Shown: positions 10,482 through 21,460 of the stretch, piece after piece
Layout: the number at the start of each line of letters is the position of its first letter
Numbering within the stretch: position 1 is the stretch's first letter
Source: a virus
Taxonomy: Duplodnaviria > Caudoviricetes
Reading direction: 5' to 3' (one strand)
Virus record (IMG/VR): IMGVR_UViG_3300014204_005796
Span: 32,001-96,000 of that record
Length of the DNA stretch: 64,000 nucleotides
The notes under the pieces: model-generated
The model's database searches: none
Told to the model about the DNA's origin: nothing
The model's input: only the letters and a program-made list of their open reading frames with translations
Position numbers and translations under genes: made by a program

Positions 10482-12329
10482 ATGGCAGATTTAATCACAA
10501 TAAAAACTCGTGGTGAATTGGTACGCGAGATCATAGACTACATAAGCAGTCGCTACCCGACAGCGGATTTAAGTCCCGGTTTGGTGATGCGCGACCTGCT
10601 GGTTGAAGGACCTATGGACTATCTAGCCAATACGTCCGTAATAGCAAGCTTAATTGGCCAGGTTTTGGACCTTAATTCTTTAGCTGAACTGGTAGGAAAT
10701 GTTTCCACGCGCCTAACTTTTGCCAGAGCTTTCAATGTAGACCCTATTGAGTTTGACAACACACTTAAGAATATTATAGAACTTTATGCATCAAATTATA
10801 ATATTTCACGCAAATTAGGCACAAAGTCGCGGGGCATTATCACGTTTTATAGCGTGACAGAACCTTCAAGTAGTTTAGTTGTCCCTGCAGGTACAGAAGT
10901 TAAGATACCCAATACCCAGATAGTGTTTAAAACACTAAAAACTGTCACCATGCCGACGCTTGCTCTCCAAACAACAACAAATCCTTTATTATATGATACT
11001 TTAAATAATCGTTACTACGTTAATGTTGTTGCAGACTGTCTCAGTACAGGTGGAATTGGAAATGTTCCAGCTAATTCTATTATAGAATACTCAGGGTCCC
11101 CAGTTGTAGGCCTACAACCGGTTAACTCCCTCGCTTTTGTTGGCGGCACAGATCCTGAAACTGACGCCGAGTTAGTAGTACGACTTAAAAATGCCTATAC
11201 GGGAAACTTTAAAGGTACAGCGCCTTCTATAGTATCTACCGTACTATCTTTTGATTTTATTAAAGACGTGGCCATAGCCTATCTGTACAATGATATAAAT
11301 AAAGTGCGCAGTGGGATGAACACAGTGGATTTATTTATACAGGGTGGAAAACTCATATCTAATACCAGCACGGTGACAATTACGGAAAACCCCTATTTCT
11401 TTGCGCTAGCTAATGCATATACGACGCAGCTTAATGTACTACAAGGAACAACAGACACGCCTACAGCATATACATATCCGTCGTTTACTCACCAGCTGTC
11501 ATATGGTGACAATGGAGAAAGTTTTATTTCATTTTTAACTGTAGGTAGTCCACATTTTGTAGTTACAGAGCTGCTGGTCGACTATGCACCCACAGGTATA
11601 AAGACTGCTACACTTTACTTGCAAACGTTCTACAAGGCCGACGGGACTGTAGATACTACCAGAAGTACCATAGGAACGTTCCCTGACTTCGTGGCCGGCA
11701 GCGTTTTAAGCGCGACCGGACGTGTAAAAGTGTTTAGGATACTTGGTGACGTGTCTATAGATGATACACTTAACTGGTCTTACACGGCGCCCTCAACAGG
11801 AGTACAAGGATTAACACGCATAGCAGACGTATACGCGGCAGACTTTCCTACACTGCGCTATGAAGTACAAATCCTGCCTAAAGTTAATGATGTAATGACG
11901 ATTGACTCACTGTATAACTCAGCAATTTCAGAAGTACAGAGTTATGTAGCCAATCCGGCTAATCTGTTCGTGGGCCAGGATATTATGTGCTATCCTGCAA
12001 CGGCAGTTCAGATTGTAGCAGACATTAAAATACAAGTTGATACGTCCTACCAGTCCATACCAGACCTGGAAGCTGCGGCGTATAGCAAAATAGTCGAACT
12101 TCTAGGCAACACGGGACTAGGTCAAGAGTTGAATCAAACATTTTATATATCAGAGTTACTGAAAATTCCAGGAATTGTTGACGTGGAACGTCCTTTTTCA
12201 GTTTTTACACGTAACTATGACACACGCATGGGCTCCACAGATATTGTGCTTTCTCCGAAAGAGTACCCGATTGTGGCTGACATAGCCGACGTCGTAGTAC
12301 ATGGCCAGTATGAACCCTTAGGAAGGTAA
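10482..12329 (+). CDS. baseplate J-like wedge protein
   Basis: VPAGT, GGIGNVPANSI, GGTDPETDAELVVRL, GT motifs. Confidence 0.85.
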   Translation: MADLITIKTRGELVREIIDYISSRYPTADLSPGLVMRDLLVEGPMDYLANTSVIASLIGQVLDLNSLAELVGNVSTRLTFARAFNVDPIEFDNTLKNIIELYASNYNISRKLGTKSRGIITFYSVTEPSSSLVVPAGTEVKIPNTQIVFKTLKTVTMPTLALQTTTNPLLYDTLNNRYYVNVVADCLSTGGIGNVPANSIIEYSGSPVVGLQPVNSLAFVGGTDPETDAELVVRLKNAYTGNFKGTAPSIVSTVLSFDFIKDVAIAYLYNDINKVRSGMNTVDLFIQGGKLISNTSTVTITENPYFFALANAYTTQLNVLQGTTDTPTAYTYPSFTHQLSYGDNGESFISFLTVGSPHFVVTELLVDYAPTGIKTATLYLQTFYKADGTVDTTRSTIGTFPDFVAGSVLSATGRVKVFRILGDVSIDDTLNWSYTAPSTGVQGLTRIADVYAADFPTLRYEVQILPKVNDVMTIDSLYNSAISEVQSYVANPANLFVGQDIMCYPATAVQIVADIKIQVDTSYQSIPDLEAAAYSKIVELLGNTGLGQELNQTFYISELLKIPGIVDVERPFSVFTRNYDTRMGSTDIVLSPKEYPIVADIADVVVHGQYEPLGR

Positions 12330-12331
12330 AA

Positions 12332-14266
12332 ATGGAAGCTATTAAACTCACAAATAACAGAACAATAGCAGATAATTTGGTAGAGCGTAAGACAGGTACT
12401 CTATATGATACTTACTATAAGGCGCTTGAAAACCTGGCAAAAGTATACGTAGATGGCATCGTTGAAAATGTACTAAATAATAGTTTTATTTTTACGTCAG
12501 ATTCGGCAGGATTAAAACGCTGGCAGGCGTACTACGAGCAAAAACCTTTTGACATGACATGGACACAGTTTCGTAGTTTGTTATTCTTACTTAATGAGGC
12601 AACCAGGGAAGGCCCCACAGTTACGAACATACAAAACATCCTAAAGTTTTTTGATGCAACAGCTACATTTTCACAGGTAACTACCCGGCATATATTTTAT
12701 GGAACACCGGGGTACGTAATCGCTACACTCACGAAAGGGGACGATCTTATAACAACAGACTTTGACTGGCTGGCAGTCCCAAACTATAATCTACTAAGCA
12801 ACTCACACATATGGTATACTTCCGGTGGTGTAAACACACGCTTCAATGAAGGAACCGACTACAGTCTGGTATTGCAAGAAGACGGCGGAAAGGTACAAGC
12901 GGTTGTCACGTGGATCACAGGTACCCCTCCGACAGACGGAGAGTCCTATGATCTTTTATTCAAGGACGACAGTATCGACCACGACGACCCACAGTCTTTA
13001 TTTTACAATCATAACTCAGGAACGTTTCCCGAAGAGGAAGCCTACATATATACAGAAGACTCATCTTTGCCAAAAGTAAATGAGTTTTTTGTGACAACAG
13101 ACTCCACAGTTATTTATGAGTCTTCCGCATTAGTAATTCCTAAAGTCTCATTTAGGTATATGCTACAGGCGCTTTTAAATAAGATACTACCGGCCAATAT
13201 AGTCTTTTTGCTGCGTTTTATGGATGCGGCATCTATTCTATACAGAAAGGACCAGGGGCCCGACCCGGTAACGCAGCCACGCCAGCTCATAATTTATGAA
13301 CCTGCGTATGGACAAATCCGCAGCTATAATCTTATGGTCGCCGGATATGAGACAGCACAGCTTAGGGACGCCATGCGCGTAGATGAGAATGATTTTTTAC
13401 TGATTCTCCAGCCGCCACCGCCCTCGCGAAAACAGCATATTGTTCGTTACGACACAGCTACAAAAATTACCACTGAAGCGGTTACCAATGTGTTTTCTGT
13501 AGACCAGGCAGGTACAGCCTTTACCAGGGTAGACCTTAATACACTTATATTTCCGTCCATAGGATCGTTTGACCCTTACTTTAGCGTTTACGACGTAAAA
13601 ACCGGGGGCAGCACCACCTATTACAACGCCTATGGCGCAACCGCCCTCTCTAACCCGGCGGTAGCAACATCTCCGGTATTTACGACAGGTTTTGATTTTC
13701 TCTGGGATATGAAGGCAGACAACAATGGACATGCTTACTTTATTGTGCGTAATATACAGACTAATGACTGGTATATTCGGGTTTTACACGTAATAACTAA
13801 TACATTAGTTTACGAAGTAAATTTAGGACCCTTAGCAGGTCAGCCAAATTCATTTTCTCCACTTAGTACTAGTAAGTACGTATTCTTTCATAACAAAACA
13901 ATTAATGGGTCTGGCGACGTAGTATTTGTAGACGCAACTATACCCTCGGTGGTTAGCACAACATTTGACATTATAAATGCTTCTGTAATTGCTATAAACG
14001 ATGAATTAGTTGTGTCCACAAAGAACGACGGTCCTGACGTAGAAATCTACACGTCAGCGTTCGGAGAGGTGCCAACACTCCTTATGATCGTACCTAATAT
14101 GCCGGCTTCGTCTGTATACCTGCATGAGAACGACTTGGTTTTAGTCAATAATTATAAAAGCGTGGCTATAGTGTTAAACTTTGTTACACTATTAGGGGCT
14201 GCCCCAGTTCTTAGCTACCACGTGGATTCAAACAGTCAATTTTTATACCCAGTTGACGTATACTAA
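12332..14266 (+). CDS. baseplate wedge (gpI-like) fused to beta-rich C-terminal domain
   Basis: follows baseplate J; EGPTVTNI and LNKILPANI motifs; beta-repeat-like C-terminus. Confidence 0.5.
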   Translation: MEAIKLTNNRTIADNLVERKTGTLYDTYYKALENLAKVYVDGIVENVLNNSFIFTSDSAGLKRWQAYYEQKPFDMTWTQFRSLLFLLNEATREGPTVTNIQNILKFFDATATFSQVTTRHIFYGTPGYVIATLTKGDDLITTDFDWLAVPNYNLLSNSHIWYTSGGVNTRFNEGTDYSLVLQEDGGKVQAVVTWITGTPPTDGESYDLLFKDDSIDHDDPQSLFYNHNSGTFPEEEAYIYTEDSSLPKVNEFFVTTDSTVIYESSALVIPKVSFRYMLQALLNKILPANIVFLLRFMDAASILYRKDQGPDPVTQPRQLIIYEPAYGQIRSYNLMVAGYETAQLRDAMRVDENDFLLILQPPPPSRKQHIVRYDTATKITTEAVTNVFSVDQAGTAFTRVDLNTLIFPSIGSFDPYFSVYDVKTGGSTTYYNAYGATALSNPAVATSPVFTTGFDFLWDMKADNNGHAYFIVRNIQTNDWYIRVLHVITNTLVYEVNLGPLAGQPNSFSPLSTSKYVFFHNKTINGSGDVVFVDATIPSVVSTTFDIINASVIAINDELVVSTKNDGPDVEIYTSAFGEVPTLLMIVPNMPASSVYLHENDLVLVNNYKSVAIVLNFVTLLGAAPVLSYHVDSNSQFLYPVDVY

Positions 14267-14278
14267 AAGGAGGATGGA

Positions 14279-17200
14279 ATGAACCTTAATCCATTCAATT
14301 TGTTTAAAAAGAAGTCAGTTGACGCGCCGGCGCTTACTCCGGAAGAAATAAGAGCTGGCATTACACAGCAACTGCAGCGCCTAATGGCAGATCCTAATTT
14401 GCTGGAACGCCTTGATGTTAATACTTCCATGCCCCCGGAAGTCCAGTCAGAACATCTGGTAAACGCTGAGTGGATAAATACATACCTAAATACTGAAGGT
14501 ATGGCCATAGTAAGTGAATTACAAAAAAACTTTGAGACCTTGGACCCATCAAGGGCTCAAACAAGTTTATCCAAATTTTTAGACCCATCAAACCAGGTTA
14601 TTATAGATGCCATACACAAGATATACCCAACATATAAGAACTTTGTTATTGAAATGGCACAACGCCGGGACAAGGCCCCAAAAGCCGCACCAGAAGCAGA
14701 AGTAGGACGCATATTTGAGCCCCTTATAAAAGCAACTTTTGAGCGCATTGTCGAAGCTGCCAGTGATTACTTACGTGATACTGAAAAGAGCAAAATGTTT
14801 GAAGGGCTTAACGACTTAGAAATTAAAGGTATCATAGAGTCATTTAAGTTTTCCATTGAATCAGATAAGTCTACAGTGCTTCCGGAAGCGTTAAGAAGTT
14901 TTTTAAAAAGCAATCCAGGGCTGCCAAAGGATAATGAAACTTTGTCTCGCGCGGCCGGTCCAGTCATATTTATGGGCACTTATGAAACGAAGCTTATTGA
15001 TACGGCTATTAGCTTAGTTGATAGTCAGGGCAAAGATATGAATACGCTCAAGGAAGAGTTTAAAACTAAGCTTGGTACGCTAAAGGATGAGCTCCAGAAG
15101 AAAGCTGGCGTGGATGAAGATAACATTTACTATATAAAAGATGGCGCAAATGTACTATTCACACCTATAGGAAAACAGACGTTCCTTAAGTCATGGGCCA
15201 GTCAGTCCGACGGGTCACCACAGGCGGTGCTTAACTTATTTGTTGGTGCTGTAGCAAAAGCAAGCCCGGAGTCCGAACAGGCACATGATAACCAGATGGA
15301 CGAAGCCAACTTCCGAGGATTACTCGGTGATATGGTTACGCTGTCAAAAGCACAGAAAGAAGGGCATCAAGCTTCCTTTGGGACGGCTGCAGAGCCCTTA
15401 CTCACATTTCTTATTAACGTCGCTATAGGCGCGCACCCGGACGTCCAAACATTTGATGTAACACGGCCTGGCGCGTCAGGGCGTGACACGTCTATCCAGC
15501 TCGCTATAGACCATATGACTGCGCGTGGTCTATTTCCTGTAATTAAACCGGATTTAAAATCAGAGCGTTGGACCCTGACAATTAATCCGGGTCCGGTTAT
15601 TACAGCCACGAAACTATTTGTTGGGTCACTTAGCACAGACCTTAAGGATTTTTTAATGGTACTTGCAGCGAGACCAAATCCTGACAGCGCTTTTCAGGTA
15701 GCTCTGGGTGGGATTCTTAAAAATATCATAACCTCATTTGATGCATATGCACTTAAGCATCTTGAGACCCTGGACATACAGAGCCTGGCTAATGGCTATA
15801 TGGGTAAGATTGTTGATCAGGTTTCAAAAGCTTTAGACGGTGTTGGAGGAGCTCCTGCAGGATCAGCCCCGGCGCGGGCGCAAGAACCCACAGCGCCTGT
15901 AACTAAAGTTCCACCCCCGCCTCCCGCTACTGCCGTGGCCTACTCACTTAGAAGTATACTAAAGACGGCAAAGGAAGCGGAAGCACAAGGTCTTGTAAGC
16001 GAAATTATGCGTCGTTACCATGGGATACCTGTTAAGGAACCCGTTGAAGCTTATATTACGGAGCGCAACATTCCGCCTTTTGGCGTAACGGTATATGAAA
16101 TAGAAATAGAAGGGGCATATTTAAGGAACTTGCCGCAGGTCCAGCTCCAAGATATGAACAAAGTACTGACAGGTGAAGCTCTTGGCCAGTACCCGGAGAT
16201 AAAAAAGGGAGTTCGTGTGGTACATTCGAGTTTTACTTATGTGTCAGGCAGGCCTGCCTATATAGTTGTCATAGCTGTAGGTGAGCCAACACCCGACGCT
16301 GATGCGTCCCAAGTTAAAGACCCTATAGTACAAAAACTTCTGTCCAGTAAGAATGTAGAAGAGTCATTAGAAGATCCTAATAAGGTCAGGGAGCTTGCCC
16401 AGCAGGTAGCGGCTCAAGGTGGATTACGTCATCTGGATAAAGACGCTCTGCGCTCCAAGCTGGAAGCTTTGGAAAACTCCAGCATGCAGGACGGCGCTGA
16501 CAAAGAAGCTATAGGTAAGCAAATTCAACGGCTGCAAAAACAGATAGCACAGCCGGACTTACAACAGGACCTAGGCATATCTACAGAGGAAATTTATGAC
16601 AAAACTCCTGAGGAGCTGCGCGAAGTTGTTCAAAAATACGTAAGCAACTTTTCAAAAACAAACTCCTATACAGTAGACTACGCAGGACCTCGTACAGTTA
16701 ACAGAACCCCCTTGCAAGACAAAATATCGGCTGATTTAGCAAGTACTATACATGCGCTTAAGGACCGCACAGGTTTGACACGTGGAGAAGCTTCCCTGCC
16801 ACCGGAATTACAGCTGGCCGTGCTTAATACCCTGTCAGGCGTGCAGAAGGAGCTATCTGCTGCAGGTGTTCCCGCTTTGGGAGCACAGGACGCCAACCAG
16901 ACTATGAGTAATCTGACGCAGGCGGCACTCAGCGGTGACATAAAGAGCATGTCCTATGTACATGATCAGTTAAAAACATACCTCTCTCAGCTGGATAACT
17001 TTCTAAAGGAACGCGGAGGAAAGACAGAGTCCCCTCTGATTAAAAAGATTATGGACCAGTATGTCATACCCTTGGCTGAAAAATTCACGGAGCAGCTTGG
17101 TGGACCTAAAGATATCAATAGAACTATGCTTTTAATAGGTAAACTAGAGAATTATTTGGACGACCTTAACGCCGGTACGTACAAAGACCAAGCAGTGGCC

Positions 17201-18082
17201 CCTATTGCGCAGCAGCTTGAACAGATAAAACAAGATTATAACATACGTCCTTCCGCAGATGTTAGTACTATGGATTTGGACCAAACCGCAAAGGAAATAT
17301 TTTACAGCCTTTTCCCAGACTATGAAAGTGGCGACCCCGAGATGGCAGGAGAACTCGAAAGAACTACTCCTGTAGAGGATAAATCACGCGTAATAGAGCA
17401 AAAGATAAATGAAGGTAAACCTAATAAGAAGCGCTTTAACATACAGACTTTGGGTAAGAACTTCGAGAAGCTGCGTCCTTTATTTGAAGCCCGCGCCAAA
17501 GAAGTGCAGTTTGACGTGGCAGATAATGATGAAACCTTGGGGTTGCTGGCTGAACAGCTTCCTGAAGCTGTTAAAAGAGGCAATGCTATTACTATATCTG
17601 AGGGTACTATTGCACCGCCAAAAGAAAAGCTAGATAAAACCGGGCCAAAACCTCTTTCTCCTGAGGACCAAGCTAAACTGCAAGAAATGATGAAGGCACG
17701 TGAAGATCGTGGCGCTAAGGATATGGCAGCTAAAGAAGAAGCCATGAAAGGTAAACAATTGGATCTGAAAACTATATATGACAAAGTTATTGCCGAGGAT
17801 AAGGCTATAACTACAATCCTACAACAAGCTTTTCAGGACATATCAGCAAAGTATACTGACGTGGCCGAGCGTAACCAGGCTGTTAGCACGTACAGAGCTA
17901 TGTCTTCTAAAGTGGAACAGGAGCGTACAGCTATAATGGAGCATGTTGGTGCATCTATAGCGCGTGCACCTGGTACTGAAGACCAGACTGCTGACGCTGC
18001 TCTAAGTAAGGACTTGCAGCAGCTTAGCAGGTTAAAACAGTGGCTTTTAGCACAACTTGGTAAACCATCAGCAATCCTTTAG
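14279..18082 (+). CDS. large helical hypothetical protein (possible internal virion protein)
   Basis: 1267-aa ORF, strong SD, last gene of the structural operon. Confidence 0.4.
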   Translation: MNLNPFNLFKKKSVDAPALTPEEIRAGITQQLQRLMADPNLLERLDVNTSMPPEVQSEHLVNAEWINTYLNTEGMAIVSELQKNFETLDPSRAQTSLSKFLDPSNQVIIDAIHKIYPTYKNFVIEMAQRRDKAPKAAPEAEVGRIFEPLIKATFERIVEAASDYLRDTEKSKMFEGLNDLEIKGIIESFKFSIESDKSTVLPEALRSFLKSNPGLPKDNETLSRAAGPVIFMGTYETKLIDTAISLVDSQGKDMNTLKEEFKTKLGTLKDELQKKAGVDEDNIYYIKDGANVLFTPIGKQTFLKSWASQSDGSPQAVLNLFVGAVAKASPESEQAHDNQMDEANFRGLLGDMVTLSKAQKEGHQASFGTAAEPLLTFLINVAIGAHPDVQTFDVTRPGASGRDTSIQLAIDHMTARGLFPVIKPDLKSERWTLTINPGPVITATKLFVGSLSTDLKDFLMVLAARPNPDSAFQVALGGILKNIITSFDAYALKHLETLDIQSLANGYMGKIVDQVSKALDGVGGAPAGSAPARAQEPTAPVTKVPPPPPATAVAYSLRSILKTAKEAEAQGLVSEIMRRYHGIPVKEPVEAYITERNIPPFGVTVYEIEIEGAYLRNLPQVQLQDMNKVLTGEALGQYPEIKKGVRVVHSSFTYVSGRPAYIVVIAVGEPTPDADASQVKDPIVQKLLSSKNVEESLEDPNKVRELAQQVAAQGGLRHLDKDALRSKLEALENSSMQDGADKEAIGKQIQRLQKQIAQPDLQQDLGISTEEIYDKTPEELREVVQKYVSNFSKTNSYTVDYAGPRTVNRTPLQDKISADLASTIHALKDRTGLTRGEASLPPELQLAVLNTLSGVQKELSAAGVPALGAQDANQTMSNLTQAALSGDIKSMSYVHDQLKTYLSQLDNFLKERGGKTESPLIKKIMDQYVIPLAEKFTEQLGGPKDINRTMLLIGKLENYLDDLNAGTYKDQAVAPIAQQLEQIKQDYNIRPSADVSTMDLDQTAKEIFYSLFPDYESGDPEMAGELERTTPVEDKSRVIEQKINEGKPNKKRFNIQTLGKNFEKLRPLFEARAKEVQFDVADNDETLGLLAEQLPEAVKRGNAITISEGTIAPPKEKLDKTGPKPLSPEDQAKLQEMMKAREDRGAKDMAAKEEAMKGKQLDLKTIYDKVIAEDKAITTILQQAFQDISAKYTDVAERNQAVSTYRAMSSKVEQERTAIMEHVGASIARAPGTEDQTADAALSKDLQQLSRLKQWLLAQLGKPSAIL

Positions 18083-18652
18083 TAAATTGGCAAGAACATA
18101 ATCCGATAAGGCCAGCAAAAATGCCATATGCGGGTCAATACAGGCCAGCCCTACATGTTTGGCACCATCAAAATGTACGTCATCGCTGTTCCACTCCTTG
18201 GCCCCATCCATGATAGAATGCTCTGGTTCAAGGGGCTGTGGTGACGCTATGCTCTTTGCACTCTCAGCTAACCAGGCCTTATCTGTGCCTTCATACTTCT
18301 TTATCTGCCGTGAGTGCTGGTAGACTCTTTCCAGATCCGAAAGGTGGTTTAAGCAGTTACGCCAAAAGAACGTGTTAAACGAGGTTTTTTCTGGGTCGTA
18401 TTTAACCACGCTATGCGCTAGTTTTACACTTAACTCTTGTACAATGTCTTCAACAGAGAATTCCGGTATATATACCTTGTAAGGTCCAAATGTTCGAGTG
18501 GCTAAGGTTTCTATTTTTTTGCGGTAGAACTTATGCAGCCTTTCATATTCAGATTGGTTTATAATATTCATTTTGTTCTGATTTATGTCAAACTCAAATA
18601 CTTCGTTTTGCACAGTAATTCGCTTATGTACCTTTAAGGGTTTATCCTGCAT
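18068..18652 (-). CDS. phage RNA polymerase sigma factor (sigma70 region 2-like)
   Basis: EDIVQEL...KYDPEKTSFNTFFW...NHLSD. Confidence 0.75.
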   Translation of the reverse strand: MQDKPLKVHKRITVQNEVFEFDINQNKMNIINQSEYERLHKFYRKKIETLATRTFGPYKVYIPEFSVEDIVQELSVKLAHSVVKYDPEKTSFNTFFWRNCLNHLSDLERVYQHSRQIKKYEGTDKAWLAESAKSIASPQPLEPEHSIMDGAKEWNSDDVHFDGAKHVGLACIDPHMAFLLALSDYVLANLLKDC

Positions 18653-18711
18653 ATAGTACTCCAGTTAAGATTTGCCGTAATGAAAGTCCCAGGACTCTCA
18701 TAGTGTGCCTG

Positions 18712-19233
18712 CTAGTCCTCCTTTATGCGCGTAAATAAGAAAAATTCGTTCGCGCCAAGTTTTTGAAAAAATTTGGTAAACTCATAAAAGTCGGTACTAA
18801 AGAATACTTTAGTACTATCATACACGCGGGAACGCATCTGTGCAATCGATACGTCGGCGTCCCAGCGCAGTTTGTCTAAGCACCGCAAAGACGGAAAGAC
18901 TACACAATGTATATCTGCTTCATTATGTTCAGGTATCAAGTCGTACTTCTGTAGTAGCGCCACGTATTGTTCCAGTACAAATTTAATCGTGGACATACCG
19001 ACGCCCACGTCCCACTCAAAGTGTATGCCAATAGTATGATCTGTGTGGTATTTGTACATAAGGTAATTTCCAGTCTGTACCAAGGTAATTCGCAAAGGTG
19101 TACCTCGTGTTGACGCGTAGAGTTCCATAAACATACGGAAGTATTGCTCCATACATGGGCCATTTGAGGCCATAAGTATGTTCCCGTCAGCGTCATTTAG
19201 TGTAGTAGTGTCATGTATTGTTTTAGAGCTCAT
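18712..19233 (-). CDS. hypothetical protein carrying the shared S[ST]xxFxxE motif
   Basis: GMSTIKFVLEQY; start moved to MSSKT after GGAG SD. Confidence 0.55.
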   Translation of the reverse strand: MSSKTIHDTTTLNDADGNILMASNGPCMEQYFRMFMELYASTRGTPLRITLVQTGNYLMYKYHTDHTIGIHFEWDVGVGMSTIKFVLEQYVALLQKYDLIPEHNEADIHCVVFPSLRCLDKLRWDADVSIAQMRSRVYDSTKVFFSTDFYEFTKFFQKLGANEFFLFTRIKED

Positions 19234-19612
19234 CTTTCTCTCCGTCGCCAAATTTGGCTTTAAGCTTGCGGTATAAGGCGCGTTGTCGGTCTTCATCTGC
19301 AGCTTCATCCCATAGCTTCTCCCGCTCCTTTAACCATATTACAAACTCCTCATGCTTGCGCTGCTCCTCAAAGTACTTAAGGACTGCAGGTTCATTCATC
19401 ATATCTTCTCCACGAGTTTCAAAGTTAGTGGGAATGAGCCTCACGTTTTTATACGTAGGTTGCTCTTGGGATAACTTACACTTGTGTATATCCCACAGCA
19501 TACGCAACATCGCATGCATAGCCTCTTCATGGGTGTTATATTCATCGCAGCGGTTTTCACACCAACGGTAATCATCTTCATCCCAAAAATCATGTACTAA
19601 AATGAACCGCAT
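19223..19612 (-). CDS. hypothetical protein, paralog of 19612-19989
   Basis: shared EEA, YKN..I.PTNF and LKAK motifs. Confidence 0.65.
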   Translation of the reverse strand: MRFILVHDFWDEDDYRWCENRCDEYNTHEEAMHAMLRMLWDIHKCKLSQEQPTYKNVRLIPTNFETRGEDMMNEPAVLKYFEEQRKHEEFVIWLKEREKLWDEAADEDRQRALYRKLKAKFGDGEKDEL

Positions 19613-19989
19613 CAGATATCAACCTGGTACTTGGCTTTAAGTTCTTTAAGTTGCGTACGTTCCCGATCCTCTTTTTCCGCCTCTTCCTGCAATTTCAAGA
19701 GCTTGGTCCGTTCTGCTTCCTTGTCGTACTTAATCTTGCGTTCTATGCAGTATTGTGCATACTGCGGGCACTTGACGAGCTCGGTGACGTCCAGGGAAAA
19801 ATTAGTAGGAGTGATAAGTAGATTTTTGTAGCAGCTGTCATCTCCTTTGGTGGATATTTCATGTAAAATATACAAGGTGTCGACCAATTTTGTATCCAAT
19901 AAAGCCTCCTCAAAAGAATTAAAGGTTTCGGCATGAGAACACCAGTCATCCTCAGAATCAAGATATTCCCACGTAACTAAGAATTTCAT
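19612..19989 (-). CDS. hypothetical protein, paralog of 19223-19612
   Basis: same shared motifs as 19223-19612. Confidence 0.65.
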   Translation of the reverse strand: MKFLVTWEYLDSEDDWCSHAETFNSFEEALLDTKLVDTLYILHEISTKGDDSCYKNLLITPTNFSLDVTELVKCPQYAQYCIERKIKYDKEAERTKLLKLQEEAEKEDRERTQLKELKAKYQVDI

Positions 19990-19992
19990 AGG

Positions 19993-21228
19993 TCACCCCT
20001 TTATGACCGCCACGGTCTTGAGTTTAGTCACAGGTTCAACAAGCTCTTCCTGATCCTTCATGACTACGTCGATGTCTTTATATGCACCTTTACATTCCTC
20101 AGCCACGTCTTCCATCTTACTTTTACCAATGGTTACATTGAGCGTCTTAAGTTCCTCAATCACAGACTGCACGGTGAAGGACTGTTTCGCCTTGGTCCTG
20201 GACATAGCCCGGCCAGCCCCGTGGGAGCATGACATAAAGCTTTCCGGATTTCCTTTGCCGCGTACTATATAGGAGAAGGAACCCATAGCGCCGGGTATGA
20301 TCCCGAGCTCACCTTCGCGCACACGTATGGCCCCTTTACGGTGAACCCACACGTTCTCCCCAAAGTGATTCTCTAACGCAGCATAGTTGTGATGGGCGTT
20401 AATCTCCGTATCAAACTTAACACCCGGAAATTCCCCTCCGACAAGGAGTTTGGCCATCTTCATCATTTCTGCCCTGTTCTGCATGGCAAACTTCTGCGCA
20501 AACATCATCCAGCGTATGTACGCTGCACCTTCAATGGCATCGGTAGGAAGGAACGCCAGCTGTGATCCTTTTGGAACTTCAGAATGCCACCGTGTATTGA
20601 GACGTTCGGCTTCCTTATTATAAAAATCGCATATTACCTTACCCACATTCCTGGAGCCTGAGTGTATCATTATGGCAAGCAGGCCCTGTTCATCTTCCTG
20701 GAGTTCAATGAAATGGTTGCCACCACCCAGAGTACCCAGCTGCTTGTGCGCCTCAGGAAACACCCTGTCCCACAGAGCTGAATCCATGATGCTGTTTGCC
20801 AAAAGAAACGTCTCAAGGCTCTTATACTCTGCGAGTACGTCAGGATCAAACGCGATAGGCATAGCGCGGTGCTGAAAACCAGTAGGTATGTTACGCATGA
20901 GCTGGCCTACAAGCTTCTGCGTCATAGTGCCATTAGGCGTCTCCGCCTTAAGTTCCTTGACTGGAATATCCGTGTGTACATAAACCATTCCGCATCCAAT
21001 ATCTACGCCAACCATATTTGGACTTATGGCACCCTTGAGTGCCGCGACTCCACCCACAGGCATACCATGTCCCATGTGACAGTCCGGCATAAGCGCCACG
21101 TGCTTGAACAGATATGGAAGGTTAGATACGGCCTCGGCCTGCAGTAAGCATGACGGTTCAATAGAGTCCGGGTTGATCCAGGCCTTAATAGGTTTCTTCT
21201 GTACTGTCCCATTAAATATTACATTCAT
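19993..21228 (-). CDS. rtcB: RNA ligase RtcB
   Basis: MPDCH, VGVDIGCGM, LGGGNHFIE, HSGSR, HHNY, HRKGA, PGAMG, SHGAGR, YKDI, terminal KG. Confidence 0.97.
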   Translation of the reverse strand: MNVIFNGTVQKKPIKAWINPDSIEPSCLLQAEAVSNLPYLFKHVALMPDCHMGHGMPVGGVAALKGAISPNMVGVDIGCGMVYVHTDIPVKELKAETPNGTMTQKLVGQLMRNIPTGFQHRAMPIAFDPDVLAEYKSLETFLLANSIMDSALWDRVFPEAHKQLGTLGGGNHFIELQEDEQGLLAIMIHSGSRNVGKVICDFYNKEAERLNTRWHSEVPKGSQLAFLPTDAIEGAAYIRWMMFAQKFAMQNRAEMMKMAKLLVGGEFPGVKFDTEINAHHNYAALENHFGENVWVHRKGAIRVREGELGIIPGAMGSFSYIVRGKGNPESFMSCSHGAGRAMSRTKAKQSFTVQSVIEELKTLNVTIGKSKMEDVAEECKGAYKDIDVVMKDQEELVEPVTKLKTVAVIKG

Positions 21229-21229
21229 G

Positions 21230-21460
21230 TTAGTTGCCTCCTATTTTAGGTTCATTAAAATGCCGCCAAGTCGCGTACGCCCAGAGCACTATAGCCATAC
21301 CAATCAAGGTAGCGACAGTATAGTGGTAGAGAAGCCATCCCCACGCAAGTGCCAGCGCAAATCCAATTACTATAGTTAGTATGCTAAACAGCATATTTCC
21401 TAGTGCCATAAGCGCCGACCTGCCAAGTCTCTTCCAGAAATTTGGTGTCATATAGCCCAC
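21230..21460 (-). CDS. small membrane protein
   Basis: two hydrophobic helices. Confidence 0.5.
   Translation of the reverse strand: MGYMTPNFWKRLGRSALMALGNMLFSILTIVIGFALALAWGWLLYHYTVATLIGMAIVLWAYATWRHFNEPKIGGN

Noticed and set aside
12332-14266. Diversity-generating retroelement target
   Set aside because: No reverse transcriptase and no template/variable repeat pair visible in the window.
19993-21228. Intein in RtcB
   Set aside because: Length of 411 aa and contiguous motifs leave no insertion.
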